Positions 1 through 8,786 of a DNA stretch of 24,726 nucleotides are shown one piece after another (within the stretch, counting starts at the first letter, position 1; each line of letters opens with the position of its first letter). The notes under the pieces were generated by a model. That model had not been told where the DNA came from. It searched no databases and was given only the letters and a program-made list of their open reading frames with translations. Both the position numbers and the translations under genes were made by a program. The DNA is from Candidatus Micrarchaeota archaeon. Its GTDB lineage: Archaea; Micrarchaeota; Micrarchaeia; Anstonellales; Bilamarchaeaceae. The stretch spans positions 1 to 24,726 of the forward strand of contig JBGFRX010000034.1 in the NCBI GenBank assembly GCA_041694885.1, given 5' to 3'.

Positions 1-356
1 TTGAGTGGAACGAGTGGCTCCAATACTGTCACTTTCAGTTCAGCAGGAACCCAGACGTGTACTGTGAGTGTTAGCGGTCCTGGAGGAAGTAGAAGTTGCA
101 GCGCAGCTCTAAGTGTTAGCTCTACTCCTCCTACCTGCTCCGTCTCTTGGAGACCTGCTTCCATTATCGCAGGCAACTCGAGCACATTAAGGTGGAACTC
201 TACTAATGCGACTTCCGGTAGCGTGAGTTGCAGCGGCATTACTTCCTATTCATTGAGTGGAACGAGTGGCTCCAATACTGTCACTTTCAGTTCAGCAGGA
301 ACCCAGACGTGTACTGTGAGTGTTAGCGGTCCTGGAGGAAGTAGAAGTTGCAGCGC
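1..356 (+). repeat. 252-nt-period intragenic direct repeat (84-aa module)
   Basis: Bases 1-104 are identical to 253-356 (TTGAGTGGAACGAGTGGCTCC...AGAAGTTGCAGCGC). Confidence 0.95.
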
Positions 357-2091
357 TTCCTTGTCCGTTTGCGGCACCAATCCGAATGACATATGCTGCA
401 TAAACCCGAATGACATATGCTGCATTGACCCCTCAAATCCATTCTGCCAGAATCCGCGGTTCCTTTTCGACACTGTGACGACCGAATGCGTAGAGCCGGG
501 CCAGAACGCTTCCTACAACATTACATTGCGGAACGTGGGCAACGCCTCTGCGCCAAACACTACCTTTTCGTATTCGTGCGGAACTCTGCCATGCTTCATG
601 CCCATTGGTCCCTATTCCATTGCCGCGAAATCGAACATTACAAACGCAATGAACGTGAGCGTTCCTGAAAACGAATCAACTGGAAACAAGCAGATAAGTG
701 TGAGCGCAAACAATGTGGAGAACAATGTCAGCAAGGCGAATGCAACCCTGACCTTTTACGTTTCAGTGTGCACCCCCACAAACTATTCGGACTGCTTGCT
801 CAGATTCAGCCCTGTGTCTTCGCTCGGCCTGTGCCCCGGCTCCTCGCTTTCCCAGAGCGTAAATCTTACCAATTCCGGAAACAGGACGTGCGAGAACGTT
901 TCGCTCTCTCTGGCGTGCGATCCATATCTCTCCTGTTCACTCTCCAATACCTCATTAGGCAACATCACAGCCAACAGTACAGCATCATTTTCGCTCACCC
1001 TTTCCTCGCCTTCTACAGATACCTTAGGTACGAAAAATATAACCATAAACGCGTCTTCCTCAGGTAGTATAGTGCAGCTCAAGACACAGGCGAACACAGG
1101 CGATTGCCCCTCAGGAGGCAACCTCTCCATCTGGGTGGACAGCGTTACCATCCGCCCCTCAGAACCTAACACTTATTCTACGCTGAACTGCTCAGCTCGC
1201 TTCCTTACTAATATTACAGGTCATAGAGGGGACGTGCATTTCGAGTACTGGAAAAAGGCGAACGGCACAACTGAGTGGAAGCGCACGATTTCCAATATTG
1301 AACCAGTGCGGAACGTTGCGAACAACTCCACTGTCTTCTCCCCTCAGAACGCAACCCCCCCTCTCGGAGCAGGCGACTGGTGGAAGTGCTCTGCAAAGGC
1401 GTGCGAAGGAGGTAGAACCACCAATTGCACGGACTGGAAGAATTCCACTTCGGTTTACGTTTCTTATTCGCCCCATGGTGGGGAAGCTATTTTAGACGTG
1501 TTTCTCGTTTCCCCTGAAGACAATTACAAAAGCACGTCTTCTTCCATTTTCTTTTCGTGGAGGCCGGTGAGTTCCTATTCTAATGATATTTCCTGCCAGT
1601 TGAAAATCAACACGCTGCTGCGCGATGCTGTGACCTGCAGCAATAATACTGTAAAAACACAAGGCGTCTCCGGGTTCTCAGAAGGCAAGCACAGCTGGAA
1701 AGTGAACTGCACCGACTCCACCAACGCGACCGGCCACTCGGAAACAAGAACGTTTTTGGTGTGCAGCGGCGCCTCTGGAACATCCGCACCTTCAGTTGTC
1801 TTGAATTCTCCTTCGGATGGATACGTAAGCAGCGGAAATGCGACACTGAACTGGACAGCTACTGATGACGTGAGCTCCACTCTTACCTGTTCTGTATTTT
1901 TAGACGCGGAAGTATATGCAATCGTTTCCGCTCAGAGTGGAATAGCGAAGACGTACGATTTGAAAGACCTTGCGAAAGGAACGCATACATGGAGAGTGGA
2001 CTGCATGGATGCGAACTGCAATACTGGAAAAAGCGCGGAAAGGACGCTCTATGTATGTACACCAGAATCCTCGAAATGCCAATGTGGTTGA
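1..2091 (+). CDS. Large Cys-rich secreted/surface glycoprotein, 5'-partial (Ser/Thr-rich repeats, CARDB/NEW3-like and Ig/FnIII-like beta-sandwich repeats)
   Basis: Open from the window edge for 696 codons. It has many N-x-S/T sequons and paired Cys, 84-aa repeats at the start, 'ITLRNVGN' and 'VNLTNSGN' CARDB-like strands, and two 'L-x-S-P...W...C...G-x-H-x-W-x-V-x-C-x-D...S-x-x-R' domains. There is no C-terminal TM helix. Confidence 0.8.
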   Translation: MSGTSGSNTVTFSSAGTQTCTVSVSGPGGSRSCSAALSVSSTPPTCSVSWRPASIIAGNSSTLRWNSTNATSGSVSCSGITSYSLSGTSGSNTVTFSSAGTQTCTVSVSGPGGSRSCSASLSVCGTNPNDICCINPNDICCIDPSNPFCQNPRFLFDTVTTECVEPGQNASYNITLRNVGNASAPNTTFSYSCGTLPCFMPIGPYSIAAKSNITNAMNVSVPENESTGNKQISVSANNVENNVSKANATLTFYVSVCTPTNYSDCLLRFSPVSSLGLCPGSSLSQSVNLTNSGNRTCENVSLSLACDPYLSCSLSNTSLGNITANSTASFSLTLSSPSTDTLGTKNITINASSSGSIVQLKTQANTGDCPSGGNLSIWVDSVTIRPSEPNTYSTLNCSARFLTNITGHRGDVHFEYWKKANGTTEWKRTISNIEPVRNVANNSTVFSPQNATPPLGAGDWWKCSAKACEGGRTTNCTDWKNSTSVYVSYSPHGGEAILDVFLVSPEDNYKSTSSSIFFSWRPVSSYSNDISCQLKINTLLRDAVTCSNNTVKTQGVSGFSEGKHSWKVNCTDSTNATGHSETRTFLVCSGASGTSAPSVVLNSPSDGYVSSGNATLNWTATDDVSSTLTCSVFLDAEVYAIVSAQSGIAKTYDLKDLAKGTHTWRVDCMDANCNTGKSAERTLYVCTPESSKCQCG
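379..426 (+). repeat. 24-nt tandem repeat x2 encoding NPNDICCI
   Basis: AATCCGAATGACATATGCTGCATA / AACCCGAATGACATATGCTGCATT. Confidence 0.9.
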
Positions 2092-2092
2092 A

Positions 2093-4159
2093 ATGAAAAA
2101 ATTCGCACTATTGCTTCTGCTTCTCCTGTTTGCGGTTTCTTTTGCCGCTGTTTGCTACTGCAGTTCGTGCTTGGACTGCACGAACAAACTGAACAGTTTG
2201 TCCTGCAGGGAAATCAAGTTGACGCAGAATATAAACACAAGCAAAACGTGCATAAGCGACCTTATAACTTTCAGCAACAAGACCTTTGATTGCCAGGGGT
2301 ACACGATCTCACATACGGGCACTGCTTGCGCGGTCTATTACTACGGCATTCCGATTTCTTATGGTGCAAACAACAAAATAGTTAACTGCAAAGTGAAAAA
2401 TTTCTGTTACAACATCGCACTGCTACAGACAAGTGGCAATGTTCTTGCGAACCTTACGGTCTCCGACACCCCAAGCGATTTCGGTCGGGGTATCACCATG
2501 ATGTCTTCGTCAAATAATTCATTTTCCAATATAACTATCTATAACAATAGTTACGGATTTTATATTTCCAATTCTGATAGCAACAACTTTTCAAATATAC
2601 GTGCGTACAACCATGTGCCCGGCACCCCATCCGGCTACGCTTTCAGCGTATATTATTCATCCAACAACTTTTTCCACAATATAACCACCTACGACAATGA
2701 TAACGCATTTTTGCTTGGCTATTCTTTGAGGAATCGTCTTGCAAACATCACGCTGTACAACAACAGCGGTGCCATTCATCTTTATAATTCCAATTTCACC
2801 AATATTACAGCTGTCTTGGCATACAACAACCGCTTTGGAATTATATCTGGATACGGTTCTTCAAACAATATAATCTACGATAATTTTTTTAACAATACTG
2901 TCAACATGAATTCAGTCATTGGAGCAAGTTCAGGAACAAACCACCTTAATACAACAAAAACAAGCGGCACGAATGTAATCAAGGGTTCTTACATCGCGGG
3001 AAATTACTGGGCGACGCCGAGCGGAACCGGCTTCTCAGAGACGTGCATTGACTCAGACTCAGATGGAATATGCGATTCCAGATATTCTGCGGCGATCAAT
3101 AATATTGACTATCTTCCGCTCACCAAAATACCAGCGTGTACCTCCTCCTGCTCCTCTGGCCAGACCCAGTGCTCCGGTTCGCAAATCCAGTACTGCACAT
3201 ACGATTCATCGAGCGGCTGCTATTACTGGGGCTCTCCGACCAATTGTCCTTCAGGCCAGACGTGCTCAGGAGGAACCTGCACAAGCGGTTCGGCTCCTAC
3301 ATGCTCCATCTCCTGGAGTCCTGCTTCCATCACCGCAGGCAGCTCAAGCACATTAAACTGGAACTCTACTGGTGCGACTTCCGGGAGCGTGAGCTGCAGC
3401 GGCATCATCTTCTATTCATTGAGCGGAACAAGTGGCTCGAGTTCGTTCAGCTTTTCCTCTTCCCAAGTCGGGACCGAGACCTGCACAGTAAACGTAACCA
3501 ACAGCACAAGCAGACTGAGCGCAACGTGCAATGCAAACCTGACTGTTAAGGCCGGTTGTACCTCCAACTTGGACTGCTCTTCAGGCCAGATATGCTCAGG
3601 AGGAATCTGCGTAACTTCCCTTCCCACATTCTCGCTCTCCTTCGTATATCCCACGCCAAGCAACGGAGAGTCGATGAACAGAAACTGGTCATTATTCAAC
3701 GTTTCGTCCACGCGCCAGCTCAACCTTGTAAGCGTGAATCTGTCCGCAGGAGGCGCTTCACCCACTTTATACTACCTCACTGTTGCCGGAACATCAGCAT
3801 CGCGCAACATGACCAATCTCCGGAAGGCAACGACTTACACTTACAGCGCATACGGCTGCGACATATACAACAACTGCCTCTCAACGGAAACGAGAACACT
3901 GAAGATTTTGGGCGACACAAAGCCGCCCTTGATCTCGATTTTGTCCCCTGTGCATGGTTACACTTCCAAGAACGCTTCAGTAACCTTTGGCTTCATCACG
4001 ACCGATGACCAGTCCTCGACAATGGATTGCTCCATGCACCTCAACGGCTTTGAGGTGTGGCGCAATGAATCGGTGGCGAACGGCACCGCGACATATTTCA
4101 CGCTTTCGAATTTAAGCGTAAACGTTGTCCACCGCTGGAAGATAAGGTGCAGCGACTGA
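2093..4159 (+). CDS. Secreted surface protein with NosD/CASH-type parallel beta-helix, Cys-rich linkers and Ig/FnIII-like domains (putative adhesin)
   Basis: Probable start is ATG 2093, one nt after the upstream TGA, giving signal peptide MKKFALLLLLLLFAVSFA. It has Asn-rich beta-helix repeats (SSNNSFSNITIYNN), the NosD-type cap motif GNYW...GFS..C.D...DGICD..Y...IDYLPL, and no TM anchor. The last beta-sandwich is truncated at HRWKIRCSD. Confidence 0.8.
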   Translation: MKKFALLLLLLLFAVSFAAVCYCSSCLDCTNKLNSLSCREIKLTQNINTSKTCISDLITFSNKTFDCQGYTISHTGTACAVYYYGIPISYGANNKIVNCKVKNFCYNIALLQTSGNVLANLTVSDTPSDFGRGITMMSSSNNSFSNITIYNNSYGFYISNSDSNNFSNIRAYNHVPGTPSGYAFSVYYSSNNFFHNITTYDNDNAFLLGYSLRNRLANITLYNNSGAIHLYNSNFTNITAVLAYNNRFGIISGYGSSNNIIYDNFFNNTVNMNSVIGASSGTNHLNTTKTSGTNVIKGSYIAGNYWATPSGTGFSETCIDSDSDGICDSRYSAAINNIDYLPLTKIPACTSSCSSGQTQCSGSQIQYCTYDSSSGCYYWGSPTNCPSGQTCSGGTCTSGSAPTCSISWSPASITAGSSSTLNWNSTGATSGSVSCSGIIFYSLSGTSGSSSFSFSSSQVGTETCTVNVTNSTSRLSATCNANLTVKAGCTSNLDCSSGQICSGGICVTSLPTFSLSFVYPTPSNGESMNRNWSLFNVSSTRQLNLVSVNLSAGGASPTLYYLTVAGTSASRNMTNLRKATTYTYSAYGCDIYNNCLSTETRTLKILGDTKPPLISILSPVHGYTSKNASVTFGFITTDDQSSTMDCSMHLNGFEVWRNESVANGTATYFTLSNLSVNVVHRWKIRCSD
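3249..3610 (+). repeat. 32-nt direct repeats (3249-3280 and 3579-3610) encoding SGQxCSGGxC
   Basis: CTTCAGGCCAGACGTGCTCAGGAGGAACCTGC vs CTTCAGGCCAGATATGCTCAGGAGGAATCTGC: 3 mismatches, 330 nt apart. Confidence 0.85.
3294..3438 (+). repeat. Module shared between surface genes 1 and 2 (copy of 128-272)
   Basis: Ungapped 145-nt alignment with about 20 mismatches by hand count. The protein segments are PTCSVSWRPASIIAG...LSGTSGS vs PTCSISWSPASITAG...LSGTSGS. Confidence 0.9.
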
Positions 4160-4163
4160 GAAT

Positions 4164-6881
4164 ATGAAAAAAACACTTGCATTATTTTTCCTACTTGCCG
4201 TTGCGGCTGTATTCATATATGTATTAGCTGCATCTGTTTCGTTCGCACGCGGCGGCAATTTCAACGAATCTGAAGAGAGGAGCTTCACAATAATCGATTC
4301 CGCGCCCACGCTTTCGCTCCTTTCCCCTGCGAACAACTATTCCTCTTCAGTGAAGCGCGTCTCGTTCAACTGGAGCGCGAACGATTCAGAATCCCAGACC
4401 CTGAACTGCACGTTCTACATAAACGGCTCCGCAGTGCAGAATTATTCTACGTACTCCATAAATACACAAATCAATTATTCGGCAGATTTCGAAGCCGGGA
4501 ATTACAACTGGAGCGTGACGTGCAGGGATGGAAGCGGTAATCTTGCTTCGGAGACACGCACCTATTCAGTTACTCTGACGTGCGACTCCTCTGCTCCTGT
4601 GGTGGATCTTCAGTCCCCAAGAGACAATTTGAATTCTACCAAAAATACGCTCACTGCAGAATGGATCGCAACTGATGAAAGCGAAAAACTGACCTGCACG
4701 CTTATGCTTTACAATTCCAAAGGGACGAATATCTACACTTATACGAAAAGCTCACTCACAGGAGTTTTAGCCAGCACAGTGTTCCCCACTCTAAGCAATG
4801 GAACGTACAGGTGGAACGTAACCTGCCTCGATGATTGCTGCAACATAGGGGTGAGCAAAACACGTACATTCACGATAGGTGAAACAAAGAACTACTGCGG
4901 GGACGGCATATGCAACAATGGCGAAACACCCACAAGTTGCCCAGAGGACTGCACGCCTGGCAAGAATTTCCCTCCAACAGTCGGGCTTATTTCTCCAGTG
5001 TGCTATTACGCGCTAACTTCGCTTCCTGTAAATTTCACATGGAAGGCGAGCGACGACTCTTCTTCTTCGCTTTCCTGCACCCTGTATGTGGACAAAACGC
5101 AAGTAGGAACGTATAGCGTGCAGAACGGAGTTGAATATTCCGTGCAATATTCTTCTTCACTAAGCGCTGGGCTGCACTCCTGGAATGTGAGCTGCAGCGA
5201 CGGCTCTCTCTCCTCGTCCGCATTGGAGCATTTCATATACAATCCGAATGGAGGTAATTGTACTTCGAAAATAAGCGCAGAGCTCCTTTCTCCGCCCAAT
5301 GGAGCGGTGATAAACAAGAACAGTGTGGATTTGAAATGGAACGCGGAATCAACTGGAGCTTCGCTCGCGTGCGGATTGATTTACGATAATAAAATAGTTG
5401 AGAATAACAGGGTAATGAGCGGAGAGGCAACCTATTCTCTTTCGAATATTACGCAGGGAACGCACGGATGGAGCGCGGTGTGCTGGGACAGATGCACAAT
5501 AGGCGATTCAGCGATATGCGGCGGCCCAGGGAAAAGCAACTCAATATCCACTCCAACATGGTATTTCGCATACGACTCAGCCGCATACGTTTCGCTCGCG
5601 TACGACGCAATGGCAGACCAGGGCGAATGCCCTGGTTCGCATATGAGCTTGCCTGTAGTGATACGGAATATAGGCAGCGCATCTTCATTCGGAATCGGGC
5701 AAACGTTTTCCTGCGACGATCTGGGATGCTCGCTTTTTCCCTCAGGAACAGTTGACATTGTGCAGGGAGGAGCTGCTGCATTCGAGCTCAACCTTTATTC
5801 GCCAGAAGCAGGCGTTTCTAAATTCGTCGGGATTTTCGCAAACGATTCCGAAGGGAATTCAGCGAGCGAGGGCTTCGTGATAACCGGAACGAATGCGAGC
5901 GCGTGCGCGGAAGCTGCTCCGCGAGACCCAAGGAAAACGGATATCGGCTCGAACGGAACAATGCCATTCTTCGTTTCTAGGAACTGCTCCGTGATAATAG
6001 ATGCGCCGCTCGAGGCGCTGTGCAACGGAGGAGTGCAGGTCAACGTAACCTGCGACAATGATATACCATTGAGCGGCGCTTTTCTCACGGTTTTCGGGCC
6101 CTCAGGAAGTCAGGAGTTGATGATAGATGCGAAGGGCTCCGCTTCCTTTGTAGCAGAGGACGAGGGATATTACTTCTACGAGGTTCCCGGAGTGCTCATG
6201 AGGAGCACTGTAGTAACCTCGGTGTATTGCGAGAACTCCACAGGAGGGGTGAAGACCTTAGTAGTGCCCCTTTACATTACCGAAGCAAGCAAATTGGATA
6301 TCACGGTGTTCAGGGAAGGAAGACAGCCGCAGAAAGCAGCAGTGAAAATATTCAGGCCGACCCAATTGGCCGACTTCGCGAACACCACCTCTTACGGAAC
6401 CTACGAGGAAGTGATAACCCTGCCGGGCAACTACGTATATACGATAAGCGCAAGCAACGTGCGCTCGCTCAGCGCGAAGATGGAGCTGAACAAACTCGCT
6501 GCACAAATAGAGACAGGAGGGGACATCAGCATGCTCCTTATAATACTTATAGTGATGGCAATTTCCGTTGCTTACACTACGAGAAGGCAGATAATCGCGC
6601 TGCTGGTGAAAAAAAAGCTCGTGCTCATTTCGTTTGAAAAGAAGAAATACGAGCCGGGCGAGCTGGTGGAGATTTCATTCAAAATAAAAGACCTGAACAG
6701 GAAAGCAGCAGACACGCCTGTTTCCATAATCTCAGATGACGGGGAGGAGACGGTGCTCATGACAGATCGCAAAGGCAGAGTGATTTTCATTCCTGAGAAA
6801 GAGGGCATATACCACATTTCCATGCGCAATTACATAATAGAGGGGTTGGACAGCGTAATCGTGGCAGCAAAGGAAAAGTGA
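4164..6881 (+). CDS. Membrane-anchored surface glycoprotein with Ig/FnIII-like repeats, CGDGxC Cys-rich motif and near-C-terminal TM helix
   Basis: 905 aa with signal peptide MKKTLALFFLLAVAAVFIYVLAASVSFA. It has four 'L-x-S-P...W-x-A...L-x-C...W-x-V-x-C' repeats, the motif CGDGICNNGETPTSCPEDC, a TM segment MLLIILIVMAISVAYT followed by basic TRR, and a roughly 95-aa tail. Confidence 0.8.
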   Translation: MKKTLALFFLLAVAAVFIYVLAASVSFARGGNFNESEERSFTIIDSAPTLSLLSPANNYSSSVKRVSFNWSANDSESQTLNCTFYINGSAVQNYSTYSINTQINYSADFEAGNYNWSVTCRDGSGNLASETRTYSVTLTCDSSAPVVDLQSPRDNLNSTKNTLTAEWIATDESEKLTCTLMLYNSKGTNIYTYTKSSLTGVLASTVFPTLSNGTYRWNVTCLDDCCNIGVSKTRTFTIGETKNYCGDGICNNGETPTSCPEDCTPGKNFPPTVGLISPVCYYALTSLPVNFTWKASDDSSSSLSCTLYVDKTQVGTYSVQNGVEYSVQYSSSLSAGLHSWNVSCSDGSLSSSALEHFIYNPNGGNCTSKISAELLSPPNGAVINKNSVDLKWNAESTGASLACGLIYDNKIVENNRVMSGEATYSLSNITQGTHGWSAVCWDRCTIGDSAICGGPGKSNSISTPTWYFAYDSAAYVSLAYDAMADQGECPGSHMSLPVVIRNIGSASSFGIGQTFSCDDLGCSLFPSGTVDIVQGGAAAFELNLYSPEAGVSKFVGIFANDSEGNSASEGFVITGTNASACAEAAPRDPRKTDIGSNGTMPFFVSRNCSVIIDAPLEALCNGGVQVNVTCDNDIPLSGAFLTVFGPSGSQELMIDAKGSASFVAEDEGYYFYEVPGVLMRSTVVTSVYCENSTGGVKTLVVPLYITEASKLDITVFREGRQPQKAAVKIFRPTQLADFANTTSYGTYEEVITLPGNYVYTISASNVRSLSAKMELNKLAAQIETGGDISMLLIILIVMAISVAYTTRRQIIALLVKKKLVLISFEKKKYEPGELVEISFKIKDLNRKAADTPVSIISDDGEETVLMTDRKGRVIFIPEKEGIYHISMRNYIIEGLDSVIVAAKEK

Positions 6882-6945
6882 AATCAGTTGAGTAAGAAAA
6901 TTCGCAAGATTTATTTTTCCATTTTTAACCATACTCAAGCAACCA

Positions 6946-6953
6946 TTTATAAA
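6946..6953 (+). promoter_or_regulatory. Putative TATA box of the RNA polymerase operon
   Basis: TTTATAAA in an AT-rich intergenic region about 70 nt upstream of rpo5. A second candidate, TTTTAAATA, lies at 6961-6969. Confidence 0.55.
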
Positions 6954-7021
6954 CATTTCCTTTTAAATAATCCTGATTCCAGGTTATTCAGTTTAACTGC
7001 TTTCTCTCAGTTGGTGTTCCC

Positions 7022-7276
7022 TTGGCAAAGAAAAAACAAAAGTTAGAAGTCGAATTGGACGTTTTCGGGCATTTTCTCGTCCCGAAGATGGAAATAATTT
7101 CCGAAGCGGAAAAGAAGAACCTTCTCAGGAAATACTCTATTTCTGAAAATAATCTTCCCAGGATGAAATCAACTGATCCTGCAGCGAAAGCTCTGAAGGC
7201 GCAGCCAGGGGACGTTGTGAAGATAGAGCGCGAAGACCCTACTGCAAAATACAATTATTACCGGCTAGTGGTCTGA
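7022..7276 (+). CDS. rpoH: DNA-directed RNA polymerase subunit H (Rpo5)
   Basis: Motifs HFLVPKMEII, LPRMKSTDPAAKAL, GDVVKIER and YYRLVV; TTG start after GGTG SD; first gene of the canonical archaeal rpo operon. Confidence 0.97.
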   Translation: MAKKKQKLEVELDVFGHFLVPKMEIISEAEKKNLLRKYSISENNLPRMKSTDPAAKALKAQPGDVVKIEREDPTAKYNYYRLVV

Positions 7277-7298
7277 GCAATTTTTATGAATTGATATC

Positions 7299-8786
7299 AT
7301 GGTAAAGGGATTGCTGGATATTTATTTCAGGGATAATACGCTCGTGAAGCAGCAACTTGACTCCTACAACAAATTCATAGAGTTTGGATTGCAGGAAGTG
7401 GTGAGTCGTACAGTGAAGATAAAGACGAACGTAGAGGGCTTCGAATTGAAATTGGGAAAGGTGCGCATAGAGCCCCCCAGATTCTACGAAGTGAAGGGCG
7501 GGTTCAGGCAGATTCTTCCTGCAGAGGCGCGCCTCAGAAACCTCACCTATGCCTCCCCGCTGTTTCTCGAAATAGTCCCGATATTCAACGGAGTGGAACG
7601 TCCTGTTTATTCAGATGTTTTCATAGGCGAAATACCAGTTATGGTCAAATCCCGATTGTGTTACCTCTCCTCGCTCTCCAAGGACGAATTGATATCGAAC
7701 GGGGAAGACCAGAACGACTCAGGCGGTTATTTCATAATAAACGGCTCTGAGCGCGTGCTCGTCTCCATCGAGGACTTAGTTCCGAATCGGCTCATGGTCA
7801 CGCGCGAAACGGGCGCAATTGTTGCTAAAATATTTTCCACAAGGCAGGGCTTCAGGGCAAGGTGCGTTGTGGAAAGAAACCCGGAAGGCATGTTCACAGT
7901 GGAATTCCCAAGTACCCCTCCGGACATTCCGCTCGTGCAATTGCTGCGCGTGCTCGGAATGGAAAGAAACCCGGAAATAATAAACGCTTTTTCGGACAGC
8001 GACGGAGCGAAGAACGACCTTCTTCTGAATATAGAAATGGAGGAAAGCAGGAACAGGGAGGAAGCGGTGGAGCTTTTGAGCAGGCGTCTTTCCCCAGGCC
8101 AGCCGCAGGAATACCGCCTGACGCGTTTGGAGACGCTTGTTGATTCCTATCTTCTTCCGCACGTGGGCACCACGAAGGAGGACAGGGAGAGAAAAGCGGA
8201 ATTCATAATCAACATGGCCAAGAAAGCGGTAATGGTTGCGCAGAAAAGAATCCCGCAGGACGACAAGGACCATTACGCGAACAAACGCGTGAAATTGGCA
8301 GGAGACCTCATGCAGGAGCTCTTTAATTATGCGCTCCAGTTCCTATTAAAGGACATTGTTTACCAGGCGAGCAGGGCGAATGCGCGCGGCCGCCGTTTGC
8401 AGGCGCACACGCTCGTGAGGCAGGATGCAATGGCCGACAGGATAAGGTATGCGATGGCAACTGGAAACTGGATAGCAGGCCAGACTGGAGTGAGCCAGCT
8501 TCTCGACCGCACGAGCTACCTTTCCACGCTTTCGCATCTAAGGAGAGTCATATCTCCCTTGAGCAAGAAGCACCCGCACTTCAAGGCAAGGGACCTGCAC
8601 GGGACTCACTGGGGCAAGATATGCCCGAATGAGACGCCTGAAGGACCGAGCTGCTCACTCGTGAAAAATCTTTCCATAATGGCAGAGGTCTCGATAGGCG
8701 CGGACGAATCGGAAATAATCTCAGTGCTCAGGAATTTTGGCATTAAGGAACGAAAGGAATGCGCGGACGAATTGAGACGATTGTAG
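7299..8786 (+). CDS. rpoB2: DNA-directed RNA polymerase subunit B'' (Rpo2N)
   Basis: Motifs QQLDSYN, EARLRNLTY, GGYFIINGSERV, DHYANKR, SHLRRV and RDLHGTHWGKICPNETPEG. Confidence 0.97.
   Translation: MVKGLLDIYFRDNTLVKQQLDSYNKFIEFGLQEVVSRTVKIKTNVEGFELKLGKVRIEPPRFYEVKGGFRQILPAEARLRNLTYASPLFLEIVPIFNGVERPVYSDVFIGEIPVMVKSRLCYLSSLSKDELISNGEDQNDSGGYFIINGSERVLVSIEDLVPNRLMVTRETGAIVAKIFSTRQGFRARCVVERNPEGMFTVEFPSTPPDIPLVQLLRVLGMERNPEIINAFSDSDGAKNDLLLNIEMEESRNREEAVELLSRRLSPGQPQEYRLTRLETLVDSYLLPHVGTTKEDRERKAEFIINMAKKAVMVAQKRIPQDDKDHYANKRVKLAGDLMQELFNYALQFLLKDIVYQASRANARGRRLQAHTLVRQDAMADRIRYAMATGNWIAGQTGVSQLLDRTSYLSTLSHLRRVISPLSKKHPHFKARDLHGTHWGKICPNETPEGPSCSLVKNLSIMAEVSIGADESEIISVLRNFGIKERKECADELRRL

Noticed and set aside
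1970..2092. Upstream extension of gene 2 in the ORF track
   Set aside because: It overlaps gene 1 by about 120 nt; the signal peptide begins at ATG 2093.
128..3438. Diversity-generating retroelement TR/VR pair (128-272 vs 3294-3438)
   Set aside because: Mismatches are not adenine-specific (many are T/C), both copies are coding and internal, and there is no reverse transcriptase in the window.
4147..4255. Canonical bulge-helix-bulge mRNA intron for the 91-nt segment
   Set aside because: A GUGC/GCAC 4-bp helix can be drawn, but the flanking helices are poor and the implied cuts would give an out-of-frame product. No target-site duplication or terminal inverted repeats were seen either.
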